From positions 25,071 to 89,070 of the forward strand of contig JBNGBT010000010.1 in NCBI GenBank assembly GCA_049903315.1: a stretch of 64,000 bases of DNA, given 5' to 3'. Positions 39,710-49,839 of the stretch are shown here, piece after piece (position 1 is the first letter of the stretch; each line of letters opens with the position of its first letter). The translations under genes and the position numbers were made by a program. A model generated the notes under the pieces. That model was not told the DNA's origin, did no database searches, and saw only the letters and a program-made list of their open reading frames with translations. The DNA comes from Candidatus Cloacimonadota bacterium. GTDB taxonomy: Bacteria; Cloacimonadota; Cloacimonadia; JGIOTU-2.

Positions 39710-40462
39710 TTATCTGTTCTCCAGCATGACAATTCTTTCGCGTACGATATCCAGGCGTTCATAATCAGGATACTGTTTTTGGATCTCTCTCAGCTGAGTA
39801 AGCGCTCCGGTATATTGTTCCATACCGATCAGGCACAGCGCAATTTTAAGTTTTGCATCAACGATTTTATTAGAATCAGGATAATTGATCACCACTTTAT
39901 CGAAGTTGAAAATGGCTGTTTCAAACTGATCAAGCGAGTAGTAGCATTCACCGATCCAATACTGCGCATTTGATGCGAGATCGTTTTGAGGATATTCTTT
40001 AATAAAATCTGAAAATGTTGAGATCGATTTTCTGAAATCCTTATCAACGTAATACTGACGTCCGTTCTGATAGAGTCTTTCAGGAGTGATTTCATTTGAT
40101 GGTGTCACAGGTTTTGTTTGGGTATTGTCTGCAACAGCCGGATTTGATCTGAGTTGAGAAAGGATCTGGTTTTGTGTTTCAATTTTGGATTCGAGAGTGT
40201 TCACTTTTACTTCTAAATTTGATACTTTCGATTGCAGCACTATGATCTGATCGAGTTTGCTGTTGAGCATCTGAAGATCAGCGGAGAACTCCTTCTCCTG
40301 CTGGTCTATTGCATCGGAGTTCATTTTTATCACTTCAGCTAGATACTGCATCTGCTGATCGGTTTGATTTACTGGCTGCTGGATATCAGTATAGGGCTTT
40401 TGTTGCGCACAATGAGCCAGAAGAAGCAAGAGTAATAATCCGAATACATATAATTTTTTCAC
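39710..40462 (-). CDS. Lipoprotein with coiled-coil plus TPR domain, YbgF/CpoB-like (Tol-Pal associated)
   Basis: Lipobox signal LLLLLAHCAQQ, a long Q/L-rich coiled coil and a C-terminal TPR region, matching the architecture of CpoB. Confidence 0.45.
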   Translation of the reverse strand: MKKLYVFGLLLLLLLAHCAQQKPYTDIQQPVNQTDQQMQYLAEVIKMNSDAIDQQEKEFSADLQMLNSKLDQIIVLQSKVSNLEVKVNTLESKIETQNQILSQLRSNPAVADNTQTKPVTPSNEITPERLYQNGRQYYVDKDFRKSISTFSDFIKEYPQNDLASNAQYWIGECYYSLDQFETAIFNFDKVVINYPDSNKIVDAKLKIALCLIGMEQYTGALTQLREIQKQYPDYERLDIVRERIVMLENR

Positions 40463-40464
40463 CG

Positions 40465-41889
40465 TTAACCCCCGTAATGTTCGAAGAATATTTTATAAGC
40501 TTTATAGGTTGAATAGATATCTCCTTTGCTTGAAATCTCAAAAGGAGAGTGCATTGCAAGAAGTGGCGTGCCACAGTCAATGACTTCTGCATTGTGTTCA
40601 GCCATAAATTTTGCGATAGTGCCACCTCCACCCACATCAACTTTGCCGAGTTCGCCGACCTGCCAGTTGACATTATGCGTATTAAAAAGCGCACGCAATT
40701 TTGCAATAAATTCCGGATGAGCATCGTTTGAGCCGCTTTTTCCTCTGGAGCCAGTGAATTTTGTCAGGCAAACTCCTGATCCGAGAAGGGGTGCATTCTG
40801 ATGCTCATGGACTTCTTTAAAGGAGGGATTGATCGCGGCAGTGACATCGCCGGAAAGAATATTGGTTTTTGTTAAGACTTTTCTTAAAATTTTTGAGCTG
40901 TCATGTCCCTGGAATTCAATAATATCAGAAATAAAATCAATAATAAACTCAGAACGGGCACCCGTATTTCCTTCACTGCCTATTTCTTCTTTGTCTGCCA
41001 GAAATACGATTGAAGGAAGAGCGCGTTCATCTATGTCCAGAAGTGAGCGCAGCGCAGTATAGGAGCATACTCTGTCATCCTGTCCATATGCGCCGACCAT
41101 ACTTGCATCAATTCCCACATCCTTGCTGGAAAAAGCAGGAACGATTTCAATTTCTGCACTGATAAAATCCTCTTCAGTGATGCCGTATTTCTCATGGAGA
41201 ATATTCAAGCAGTTCAGTTTAACAGTATCTTTTATATCATCATCTGGGAAGGGTATTGAACCAAAAAGGAGCTGAAGTTTATCTGCGTTAATAGCTTCTG
41301 AGATTTTTTTATCATTATAATCTTTTGCTAGATGTGGAAGAAGATCAGCAAAAGTGAAAACAGGATCGCCGTCATTATCGCCAATAGAGATATCGATGCG
41401 GGAACCGTCTTCCTTACATATGACACCATAAAGAGCGAGAGGAATTGCCATCCATTGATATTTCCTTATACCGCCGTAGTAATGGGTCAACATAATTCCG
41501 AGCTGGGTTGTCCCATCTTCAGAAAGAGGAACCTGCTTCAGATCGACACGAGGAACATCAACATGGGCTACGATAAGGTTACATCCATTTGAAATATCTT
41601 TTTTGCCTGCTCGAAAAATTGCAATATTCTTATCGCGATTTATTCTATAATAACCGGGTGCTTTTTTAGTAGGATTAGAAGCAAGTGGCACGTACTTGAA
41701 AGCTTTTAAAATTTGCTCGCTTAGCTCTACAGAAAGCCTTTCAGTCTTTGCTTCATCAATGAACGCACAATATTCATCAGCAAATACAAATGCATTTTCA
41801 CGTTCTGTTTCAGAACTAATTTTCCAGAAATTCTTCTTCTTGTACGAGAGCTTATCCTGCAATTCTTTTCCTTTTGAAGATTTGGTCAT
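40465..41889 (-). CDS. M18-family (aspartyl) aminopeptidase
   Basis: 474 aa. AHVDVPRV matches the AHTDSP-type M18 motif. The M18/M42 metal-ligand pattern (H, D, E, E/D, H) is plausible. Confidence 0.55.
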   Translation of the reverse strand: MTKSSKGKELQDKLSYKKKNFWKISSETERENAFVFADEYCAFIDEAKTERLSVELSEQILKAFKYVPLASNPTKKAPGYYRINRDKNIAIFRAGKKDISNGCNLIVAHVDVPRVDLKQVPLSEDGTTQLGIMLTHYYGGIRKYQWMAIPLALYGVICKEDGSRIDISIGDNDGDPVFTFADLLPHLAKDYNDKKISEAINADKLQLLFGSIPFPDDDIKDTVKLNCLNILHEKYGITEEDFISAEIEIVPAFSSKDVGIDASMVGAYGQDDRVCSYTALRSLLDIDERALPSIVFLADKEEIGSEGNTGARSEFIIDFISDIIEFQGHDSSKILRKVLTKTNILSGDVTAAINPSFKEVHEHQNAPLLGSGVCLTKFTGSRGKSGSNDAHPEFIAKLRALFNTHNVNWQVGELGKVDVGGGGTIAKFMAEHNAEVIDCGTPLLAMHSPFEISSKGDIYSTYKAYKIFFEHYGG

Positions 41890-41898
41890 GAGATTCCT

Positions 41899-43029
41899 TT
41901 ATAAATTTTCTGCAACAGCATGCGCCATGTCAAGAGTTGAGGAGTTGCCGCCCATATCATAGGTGCGAACATTTCCTTCTTCAATAACATTTGCAATAGC
42001 ATTCATAAGGCGGTCAGCTTTTTCTTTTTCACCTAAATAGTCAAGCATAAGTTTTGTGGTAATAAGCATGGCTATTGGATTTACTTTATATTGTCCTGCA
42101 TATTTGGGAGCACTTCCATGAGTTGGCTCAAAAACTGCGAGTTTATCTCCGATATTTCCACTCGCGGCAAAGCCAAGTCCACCGACAAGTTGAGCACAGA
42201 GATCGGAAATAATGTCACCAAACATGTTGCTGGAAACAAGCACCCCATATTTTTGAGGATTTTTCACAAGCCACATTGCCATAGCATCGACATTTGTTTC
42301 CCACAATTCAATTTCAGGATAATCCTGTGCGACCTTGCGTGCTTCACGCACCATTAAGCCGGAAGTCTCCCTGATGACATTTGGCTTTTCCACTATTGTA
42401 ACTGATGAATAGCCGTGCTTCTTTGCATATTCAAAGGCATTCCGTACAATTCTATGACAGGCTTCCCTTGTGAAAATTCTGCAGGAAAGGGCAAGATCAT
42501 CAAGAGGTGTATCTGCAAATTTTGCCATTTTCTTGTGGTTTTTTGAGAGTGCATCAAATACTTCCCGGGGCACTGGATGGAATTCCACACCAGCATAGAG
42601 CCCCTCAGTATTCTCTCTGAAAACAACAATATCAATGTCGTCTCTGTAGTTCAGCGGATTTCCTTTAAATGCTTTGCAGGGTCTGAGATTTGTATGCAGG
42701 TTAAATTTCTGCCGCAAACCAACGATCGGGCTGGAATACACAAGCCCCTTGCCCTGAAGTTCGGGGATGAGTTCTGCTTCAGCTTCCTGTTTTGGCTTAG
42801 AGGTGATGGCACCAAAAAGTGCACAATCAACATTATTAAGAAGTTCAATAGTTCTGTCCGGGAGTGGATTTCCTTCTGTTCTCCAGAATTCCCAACCAAT
42901 GTCGCCGTGGATGTATTCTGCATCCAACTCAAGGGTGTCAAGGATGATTTTAGCAGCTTCCATGACGTCGTTTCCTACTCCGTCTCCGGGAAGCCATGCA
43001 ATGCGGTATGTGCTCATCTTACTCCTCAT
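41899..43029 (-). CDS. Isocitrate/isopropylmalate dehydrogenase-family enzyme, likely NAD(P)-dependent isocitrate dehydrogenase
   Basis: 376 aa. Has the beta-decarboxylating dehydrogenase signature N(M/L)FGDIISDLCAQLVGGLGFAASGNIGD. Confidence 0.75.
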   Translation of the reverse strand: MRSKMSTYRIAWLPGDGVGNDVMEAAKIILDTLELDAEYIHGDIGWEFWRTEGNPLPDRTIELLNNVDCALFGAITSKPKQEAEAELIPELQGKGLVYSSPIVGLRQKFNLHTNLRPCKAFKGNPLNYRDDIDIVVFRENTEGLYAGVEFHPVPREVFDALSKNHKKMAKFADTPLDDLALSCRIFTREACHRIVRNAFEYAKKHGYSSVTIVEKPNVIRETSGLMVREARKVAQDYPEIELWETNVDAMAMWLVKNPQKYGVLVSSNMFGDIISDLCAQLVGGLGFAASGNIGDKLAVFEPTHGSAPKYAGQYKVNPIAMLITTKLMLDYLGEKEKADRLMNAIANVIEEGNVRTYDMGGNSSTLDMAHAVAENL

Positions 43030-43501
43030 ATGTGATATTTTTTATTGTATATTCTAATATGCCGACAGGGGCTTTAACTTTTACTGTTTCGCCAATATTC
43101 TTACCAAGAAGCGCTTGTGCAATTGGTGATTTAAACGAGATCATTCTTACACTCTTTGTTTTCCCAGTTTCATCTTCACCGACTATTTTATAATTCAATA
43201 TCTTATTTCTTCTTTTATCAAGCAACTCGACTGTGGCACCAAAACGGATAGAGTTTTTATCAATATCATCTGAACTAATGACTTTCAGGCACGAAATTTT
43301 TGCCTGAAGTTTTGATATCTCAGCTTCGATAAAGCGCTGTTTCTCTTTGGCAGCGTGGTATTCTGCGTTTTCACTGAGATCGCCAAATTGACGGGCTCGT
43401 CCAATTTCTTGTATGATTGCCGGGCGTTCTTCCTGGATGAGATGTTCTAACCGTTTGCGAAGATTTTCAAGCCCTTCTTTCGAAATATATTCTTGTGCCA
43501 T
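43019..43501 (-). CDS. greA: Transcription elongation factor GreA
   Basis: The preferred start MAQEYISKEGLENL... has its ATG overlapping the upstream stop. GreA coiled-coil plus FKBP-like C-terminal domain (GDLSENAEYHAAKE). Confidence 0.85.
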   Translation of the reverse strand: MAQEYISKEGLENLRKRLEHLIQEERPAIIQEIGRARQFGDLSENAEYHAAKEKQRFIEAEISKLQAKISCLKVISSDDIDKNSIRFGATVELLDKRRNKILNYKIVGEDETGKTKSVRMISFKSPIAQALLGKNIGETVKVKAPVGILEYTIKNITYEE

Positions 43502-44322
43502 TATGATCTCTTCAACTTTTTCAAAGTTTTTTCTGCGTTGTATGCAGCTTTTTTTATACGGATATTTCCGCTTTTTTCCCATCTCTCGACGATCTCGCGA
43601 ATTAATTGAGAATTCTCTGATATTGAATCTGAAAGAATCTCAATAAAGTTTGGGTTATAGGTTGATTGATAGGATCTGTAAGTGTCTCGGTATATCCTTT
43701 TATCAATTTTGTAAAGGCATTTCAATACTTGCACGATACCGTGGCGAATCATCTTATTTTCAGAATTCCAGAAGGAGTCGATTTTTTGATTGATTGTCTT
43801 CGCTTTTGCTTTATTCACTTTCATGTATTTACAAAGTGTTGCAAATGCACATTCAATTACATCATCTTTGGGCTCCTGGCGGATTGTGCTGATGATGTCA
43901 TCAATATATTTATCAGGATACTTTTTAAGAAGAGGAAGGATAATATTATCAAATATTTTTTTTATTTCACTTTTATCACGAGTGTCCGTAATTGCTTTTT
44001 TAAAGATTTCATCGTATTCACCGGGATGTTTAAACATTACTTTGCTCATCACGTAATTAAAGATCTTCTTACCGTTCTCACCTTTTCTCTTCTGGATAAA
44101 AAGTAAAAAATCCATATAGGTCTCAGGATCGTTTTGAATAACTTTTCTCATCTCTTTTGCAACATACGTGATCACAGGTTGAGGTACTTCTCCATTTACA
44201 CGTTCAGGATATGCATTATAAATAATTTCAAAATCATAGTCTTTATCGGGTATCTTATGCTCAAGAAAATCAAGCGTATCTTGATTCAGTCTTTGTTGCC
44301 AGTCATATGTAATCATGATCAT
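43501..44322 (-). CDS. Hypothetical helical-repeat protein (possibly DNA alkylation repair / HEAT-like)
   Basis: 273 aa, all-alpha repeat character. No decisive motif. Confidence 0.35.
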   Translation of the reverse strand: MIMITYDWQQRLNQDTLDFLEHKIPDKDYDFEIIYNAYPERVNGEVPQPVITYVAKEMRKVIQNDPETYMDFLLFIQKRKGENGKKIFNYVMSKVMFKHPGEYDEIFKKAITDTRDKSEIKKIFDNIILPLLKKYPDKYIDDIISTIRQEPKDDVIECAFATLCKYMKVNKAKAKTINQKIDSFWNSENKMIRHGIVQVLKCLYKIDKRIYRDTYRSYQSTYNPNFIEILSDSISENSQLIREIVERWEKSGNIRIKKAAYNAEKTLKKLKRS

Positions 44323-44328
44323 TTACCT

Positions 44329-47300
44329 TTATCGAATTATCGCAATTTTACCTTTTTTATATAAATCGGAATATTTTATCAAATAAAAATACATTCCGGA
44401 TGCCACTTTTTTACCAGACTGATTTGAGAGATCCCACTCAGCACTGTTATAATCTTCAGAAAGAAATTCTGCGGAAAAGTTGTCCACAAGGTTTCCTTCA
44501 AGGTCATAGATATAGAAATCAGCAGTACCAGAGGTGGGGAGGTTTTGGAAATATACTGTTTCATTTTCGATCGTTGCAGGATTCGGAAACACGGCAACAT
44601 TATCAAGATCGGTGATGGGGATAGTGATCTTAATCAGATTTTTCCCAGGGAGAATGCGGTTGCCTGCAAGATCGGTCACATTGAATATCTTAATGAAATA
44701 AGGTTCGCCAATCGGTTTGATATTACGAGTAAGAGTAAGGGTGACAGATTCATTGGTGACCTGAATCTGGGAAATACTGTTCGCTTCAGCTTGCTCCGGG
44801 AAAAGCAGTGAATAATTCGAAATGTTTCCTGCAGTAAATGGATCGATTGTTTCATTAAATCCAATATGAATTTCTTTGCCGCTTTCAAGGGAGCTTGACG
44901 CAATATATGGTCTGGTAAGATCTTCCTGATATGTAAACGTAACTAGTGTGTCAGCCATGGGTGTATTAAATATCCCAACAATGTTTTCTATGTTTATCTC
45001 ATAAGGAGAATCTATTTCCTGGAGCGGGGCAGCAAAAGTAAGGAGCAAACTGAGTTGGCTGTTTGTAGGAATCACAGATTCGGGATATCTATATACTTCC
45101 ATATAAAAATTGGAAACCTGCTCGCAATTCTTGTTCAGAGTTTTATTGAAATTCAGCAATATGCTATTAAGTGAGATCATATTAACAGATTGCAAAGAAG
45201 GGGGATCAATTGGAATTATCTCAGCCGGCAATGTGCTGTAACTTTCCTGCCCATCTTTCAATGCAGATAGAGAGTAATAATAGAGGCTGTCGGGCATCAC
45301 CTCGGAATCCGAATAAGAGGTTTCATTTCCTGGGATTGCAATAATTTCAATATCATTATCCTGCTCTTTGTAAAGATAGAAAGAGTCTGCTATTTGAGAA
45401 TTCCAAGTTAGAGAAACACTATTTTTGCTCATGGGTCTTGCGTAGAAGTTTTGGGGCATTGGAGTTGATGGAGCAGCTGTAGGAAAGGAGGAAAGCGCGA
45501 GAACGAGAGAATCATTCTGATCATAATGGTTATAAACTGCCTTATAAAACCCGTTATTATCTATGTCAATACAAACCGGTTGATACGTTCTGTAAGATGA
45601 ACCAACCCATTTCGGAACAATATCATAGGATTTTCCGTCATCAAGGAGTTCGAAAATATAAATATCGGGAGCAGCAGCAATCACGATCTCATCAGCGCCA
45701 TCACCATCAAGATCACCAACAGATATTCCATTATTCGAACTTACGCCAGCTATCTGAATATAATCAAGAAGTGTAGGATTTCCATCAATGTATTTATATA
45801 CGGCATAAAGCCAGAACTGGTTATTCACATCGTCATCATCATTAGAGTAACCACCAACTATGAATTCGAGAAGCCCGTCTCCGTCGAAATCTCCCACAGC
45901 ATTGTAGTATGTATTCCGAATGGGAATTTTCAAAGAATCGATCCGCTGTACTGAATAATTGTTATTTATTTGGTAGACCAGTATATCACCATCAATATCA
46001 GAAAAGAGAATATTTCTCTTGCCATCATTATTTAGATCGCCAAACCGGATGTAAGGAGAAAGTTCATTTCTGGAATAGGTATGCGTATTGTTGAGTATCA
46101 TGCATTCCAGGTTAAAATTATCTCCGTTCCGGGAGTACACATCATAATGAGAATATGTTCCGATAATATCGGCAGAGCGCACGACCAGGTCATCCTTTCC
46201 ATCGTTGTTGAAATCATAAAAGGTGCCGGTATATGCATCTTTGATCGAATTTACATATCTACTCGGGAAAGAAGTTGAGGTAACTGCCTCGAATATCAGC
46301 ATGGAATCTGCACGATTTCCAAGTATTTCATGATTTCCATCCGCATCAGTGTCACCTATGCTCCAAGGAATAAATGAGTTACTCATAGTATGAACGACAT
46401 CGAGTTCATTGCTCTGATACTCGCAGAAGCGGACCGGACCGTATGAGCCTTCATCGGGAAACTCCATAAATATGAGTTCGATCTTACCATCTCCATTGAT
46501 GTCATACTTATTGGAACATAGATAGACAGAGTGCGAATATGAAGCTATGGGATCGAATCCGCTTGTAGGAATCGTGCTGTTATCAATCGTAATAGCATCC
46601 GAAAAAATAGTGGAATTCGTTGTAAGACCTGAATGATTTTGAATTGATAAGTAGTAGGAATACGTTTCATCCGGAAGGTGCTGCGGAAGCTTTAGTGTCG
46701 TAAAGTAATCGTATTTTTTCTGGATCAGTGAGAAGGTGTCTGCATATGCTGAAAAACAAGTGGCATAAAATTGTGCGGGTTCCTTTGCTGTGGAGAGAAT
46801 GTAATAATCCTTTTTGTCAAAATTATATCGCGAGGTTGATGCAGTGGCATTTGGTACAAACTGAGGAGGTGTCCTGTCAACACTGATCTTTACGATGTCT
46901 ATATAATTTTTCCCATGAAAATCTTTCATGCTTAGGCGGATGTAGTATGTAGAATCCTGAATGCCGTTGAGAATGAATGTGCCGAGAGTATCATCAACTA
47001 CAGGATCGGTATATAAGGTTGGTTCAGGATTATGAGTGATGACATCGAGCCAGTCATTTGCGACGGGCTCCTGTTTTGTCGTATAGCTAAGTGTATAACA
47101 GAAAAAATTTTCGCAATATGCAGTTCCGATAATTGGAATATCCTGTATGTAGCCAGTATTGTAAGGTGGATAAAAGATCGCTGAAAGTGGCTTAAAATCT
47201 GCCCCGGCATTTTGCATGAGTTTTTCCGCATCGATAATTCCATATCCATACACATTATCATACCCGCCATCCCCAAGATCATTACAAGATATTTTGATAA

Positions 47301-48492
47301 GATTGTACACTTCGATATTAGAAAGGAGCGGATTCTGCGAAAGAAGTAATCCTGCACATCCTGCAACAAATGGTGCTGCCATCGAGGTGCCGCTTTCAGT
47401 TTTATATTCATTGTTCAGATAAGTGCTGTAAATACTCAAGCCAGGTCCGCAAAGATCAACACCTTCTCCGTAACTGGAGAATGAGCATATTTTAAGATTT
47501 TCGTCAACTGCGGTCACCGATAGCACATTATCAAGAGCAGCAGGATACAAAAGCCCCACGCCACCCTCATTACCTGCAGAAGCTACAATGGATACACCAA
47601 GATTATACGCATAATTGCAGGCATCGTTAATGATTGGGGCTAATACAGCGTCCCCCCAGCTTATGCTTATAATCTGTGCACCGTTATCGGCAGCATAAAC
47701 GATAGCTGCGGACACATCATCATCCTCAAGATATCCGCCAAGTGTCGTGCGGAAACCAGCTCGAAGATTCATGCATTTTGCAAACCATGTAGTGCCTGAA
47801 ACACCAAGGTGATTGTTGGTTTGAGCAGAAATGATTCCTGCAATATGTGTGCCATGCCCGAGATCGTCTCTCGGATCGTTGTCTCGCTCGCGGAAATCTC
47901 CCATTGCGTCGACAATATCAGTTTCTGTAAAGTCCCAACCCATCCAATCATCGATATAGCCATTATTATCATCGTCGATAAAATTATCAGGTATTTCACC
48001 ATGATTGATCCAGATATTCTGTTCGAGATCGGGATGGTCATATTCAATCCCGGAGTCTATGATAGCTATGACAACCTGCTCATTTCCTTTTTCGATCTCC
48101 CAGGCATTGCCTGCATTGATCGCAGGCAAACCCCATTGCTGATAGTAATAGGGATCATTTGGTGTGATAGAAAGCATCTCATTCAAGTAGTTCGGTTGAG
48201 TATAAATGATAGAATCATCTTTTTGAGAAAGTTCTTCGAGGGCTGAGAAATCTATTTCTTTTGCGCAGGTAAATTTGTACACATGCAGAGCGGGTTTCTC
48301 AATTATCGCTGTGGATGATTGAACTTCGAACCGATCAAGGATAGAATCGAAGGCGTCGATACCTGTTGTGCAGTCTTTGAATACAACTTCTTGTGAGAAA
48401 CGAGCTATTAGTTCATGAGACGAATAGTGGGGTTTTCCCCAAAGCTGCGAAGCATAAACAAGACACAAAAGGATGAGTGCGATCTTTTTCAT
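44329..48492 (-). CDS. Giant secreted subtilisin-like (S8) peptidase with FG-GAP/VCBS repeats, Fn3-like domains and a T9SS C-terminal sorting domain
   Basis: 1387 aa with a signal peptide. Has the S8 catalytic triad motifs DSGIEYDHPDL, HGTHIAG and GTSMAAPFVAG. Also has multiple DxDGDG calcium-binding FG-GAP-like motifs (DINGDGKIEL, DFNNDGKDDLVV, DLNNDGKRNIL, GDFDGDGLLEF, GDLDGDGADEIV). The C-terminal ~80 aa (FYIYDLEGNLV...GMYFYLIKYSDLYKKGKIAIIR) is Por_Secre_tail-like. Confidence 0.8.
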   Translation of the reverse strand: MKKIALILLCLVYASQLWGKPHYSSHELIARFSQEVVFKDCTTGIDAFDSILDRFEVQSSTAIIEKPALHVYKFTCAKEIDFSALEELSQKDDSIIYTQPNYLNEMLSITPNDPYYYQQWGLPAINAGNAWEIEKGNEQVVIAIIDSGIEYDHPDLEQNIWINHGEIPDNFIDDDNNGYIDDWMGWDFTETDIVDAMGDFRERDNDPRDDLGHGTHIAGIISAQTNNHLGVSGTTWFAKCMNLRAGFRTTLGGYLEDDDVSAAIVYAADNGAQIISISWGDAVLAPIINDACNYAYNLGVSIVASAGNEGGVGLLYPAALDNVLSVTAVDENLKICSFSSYGEGVDLCGPGLSIYSTYLNNEYKTESGTSMAAPFVAGCAGLLLSQNPLLSNIEVYNLIKISCNDLGDGGYDNVYGYGIIDAEKLMQNAGADFKPLSAIFYPPYNTGYIQDIPIIGTAYCENFFCYTLSYTTKQEPVANDWLDVITHNPEPTLYTDPVVDDTLGTFILNGIQDSTYYIRLSMKDFHGKNYIDIVKISVDRTPPQFVPNATASTSRYNFDKKDYYILSTAKEPAQFYATCFSAYADTFSLIQKKYDYFTTLKLPQHLPDETYSYYLSIQNHSGLTTNSTIFSDAITIDNSTIPTSGFDPIASYSHSVYLCSNKYDINGDGKIELIFMEFPDEGSYGPVRFCEYQSNELDVVHTMSNSFIPWSIGDTDADGNHEILGNRADSMLIFEAVTSTSFPSRYVNSIKDAYTGTFYDFNNDGKDDLVVRSADIIGTYSHYDVYSRNGDNFNLECMILNNTHTYSRNELSPYIRFGDLNNDGKRNILFSDIDGDILVYQINNNYSVQRIDSLKIPIRNTYYNAVGDFDGDGLLEFIVGGYSNDDDDVNNQFWLYAVYKYIDGNPTLLDYIQIAGVSSNNGISVGDLDGDGADEIVIAAAPDIYIFELLDDGKSYDIVPKWVGSSYRTYQPVCIDIDNNGFYKAVYNHYDQNDSLVLALSSFPTAAPSTPMPQNFYARPMSKNSVSLTWNSQIADSFYLYKEQDNDIEIIAIPGNETSYSDSEVMPDSLYYYSLSALKDGQESYSTLPAEIIPIDPPSLQSVNMISLNSILLNFNKTLNKNCEQVSNFYMEVYRYPESVIPTNSQLSLLLTFAAPLQEIDSPYEINIENIVGIFNTPMADTLVTFTYQEDLTRPYIASSSLESGKEIHIGFNETIDPFTAGNISNYSLLFPEQAEANSISQIQVTNESVTLTLTRNIKPIGEPYFIKIFNVTDLAGNRILPGKNLIKITIPITDLDNVAVFPNPATIENETVYFQNLPTSGTADFYIYDLEGNLVDNFSAEFLSEDYNSAEWDLSNQSGKKVASGMYFYLIKYSDLYKKGKIAIIR

Positions 48493-48500
48493 TGAGTATC

Positions 48501-49406
48501 CTAAAAGTTATATGATACAGAAAATCTGTGAGCCGTGCCGATATCATTCTGGTATGGAGTAAAAGCATAATCAAAGTTAAAATCGTTGAGTTTGATTCCA
48601 ATTCCAGCTGTGATATTTTGCTCATCATAGTTAATTTTATATCCCAAGCGGGAAAATATCATATCAGAAAAACCATATTCAAAACCGAGATTTGCCTTGA
48701 TGCTTTCTGATGAGAACTTTGCTACTTCTCCAGAAAAAGTGAGTATATTTTGTTCATTCACTTCCCACAGATATTGAGAACCGAGTTTCATCACAAGCGG
48801 GAAAGAGATACTCTCTTCTTTAAGCTTTGATGATGTGCCGACATTTTGCAGGACCATACCAAAATTAAGCCCTTTTATGAACGAATCATAGATTGCACCA
48901 AGGTCAAAACCGATACCGTAACTTGCTTCCGTATCGATCTTTTCGTAAATCAACTTGATATTTGCACCTAAAGAAATACTCGGCGTGATCCTTCGTGCAT
49001 AAGTGAAGCTCGAAACGATATCCTGGGGATGGAATTCGCCGATAGTATCACCCTGTGCATCGGTTTTCGGTATCATTCCGTAATCGAGGTATGTGAGTCC
49101 GAGTCCCCAGCTGCTTTTGCCATTGCGCACGATAAGTGACGCATTTTCAATATTGTTATCAAAGATGTAGCTATTGTGATTAAAACAGAAATTTGATGAT
49201 GGACTGATCTGGACCGCAGCAGGATTTGACCATAAAATAGTTGCATCTCCTGGAGAAGCAATAACGGCATTTGCCTTACCGGCATTCCGCGCGCTTAAGC
49301 CGATCTTCAGTATCTGGAAACCGTATTTCTCTGGAGAATCAGCAGCAAAAGAGGTCAGTGTAATAACGAAAACAAAGAGTAACAGCAAGACTATTTTTTT
49401 CTTCAT
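48501..49406 (-). CDS. Outer-membrane beta-barrel protein, possibly T9SS-associated (PorP/SprF-like position)
   Basis: 301 aa with a signal peptide, amphipathic beta-strand periodicity and a C-terminal ...SVSYNF aromatic terminus. Immediately downstream of the T9SS-cargo peptidase. Confidence 0.45.
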   Translation of the reverse strand: MKKKIVLLLLFVFVITLTSFAADSPEKYGFQILKIGLSARNAGKANAVIASPGDATILWSNPAAVQISPSSNFCFNHNSYIFDNNIENASLIVRNGKSSWGLGLTYLDYGMIPKTDAQGDTIGEFHPQDIVSSFTYARRITPSISLGANIKLIYEKIDTEASYGIGFDLGAIYDSFIKGLNFGMVLQNVGTSSKLKEESISFPLVMKLGSQYLWEVNEQNILTFSGEVAKFSSESIKANLGFEYGFSDMIFSRLGYKINYDEQNITAGIGIKLNDFNFDYAFTPYQNDIGTAHRFSVSYNF

Positions 49407-49508
49407 AGTTTATTTTATCCTAATTTTTTTATATATAAAATCCTCTCATCAACTGCGATAAGAGGATATTTTGGTAAAAAACCAAATGCAATTATGAAAA
49501 TAACAATC

Positions 49509-49706
49509 TTATCCTAAGATCTCCTTCTCATTACATTTGCAGATTTGAACAACTTCTCTTTTCGGAGACCATTTACCATCTTCTTTATGTCTATTTCGGA
49601 TAACTTTTATGGTAGTCATTTCTGTATTACATACTGGGCAGACGACCTTTCTCTTACCGGCACTTGCATGAGCTAATTTAGCTGCAAAGGTTCTTACTTT
49701 CGGCAT
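49509..49706 (-). CDS. Small basic C4 zinc-ribbon protein, hypothetical
   Basis: Start at the MPKVRT Met with an AAGGAG RBS. 65 aa with CPVC...CKC. Confidence 0.35.
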   Translation of the reverse strand: MPKVRTFAAKLAHASAGKRKVVCPVCNTEMTTIKVIRNRHKEDGKWSPKREVVQICKCNEKEILG

Positions 49707-49839
49707 TTTCAACTCCTTTTTGAATTGACACATAAGTCCTGTGCGTAAGGACTGGTGTCAAGTTTTTCATCGGTGATGAAATTATTGTTTATTTATATAT
49801 TTTTTTTAAAGTTCAGGTCAATATTATATGTTATTATTT

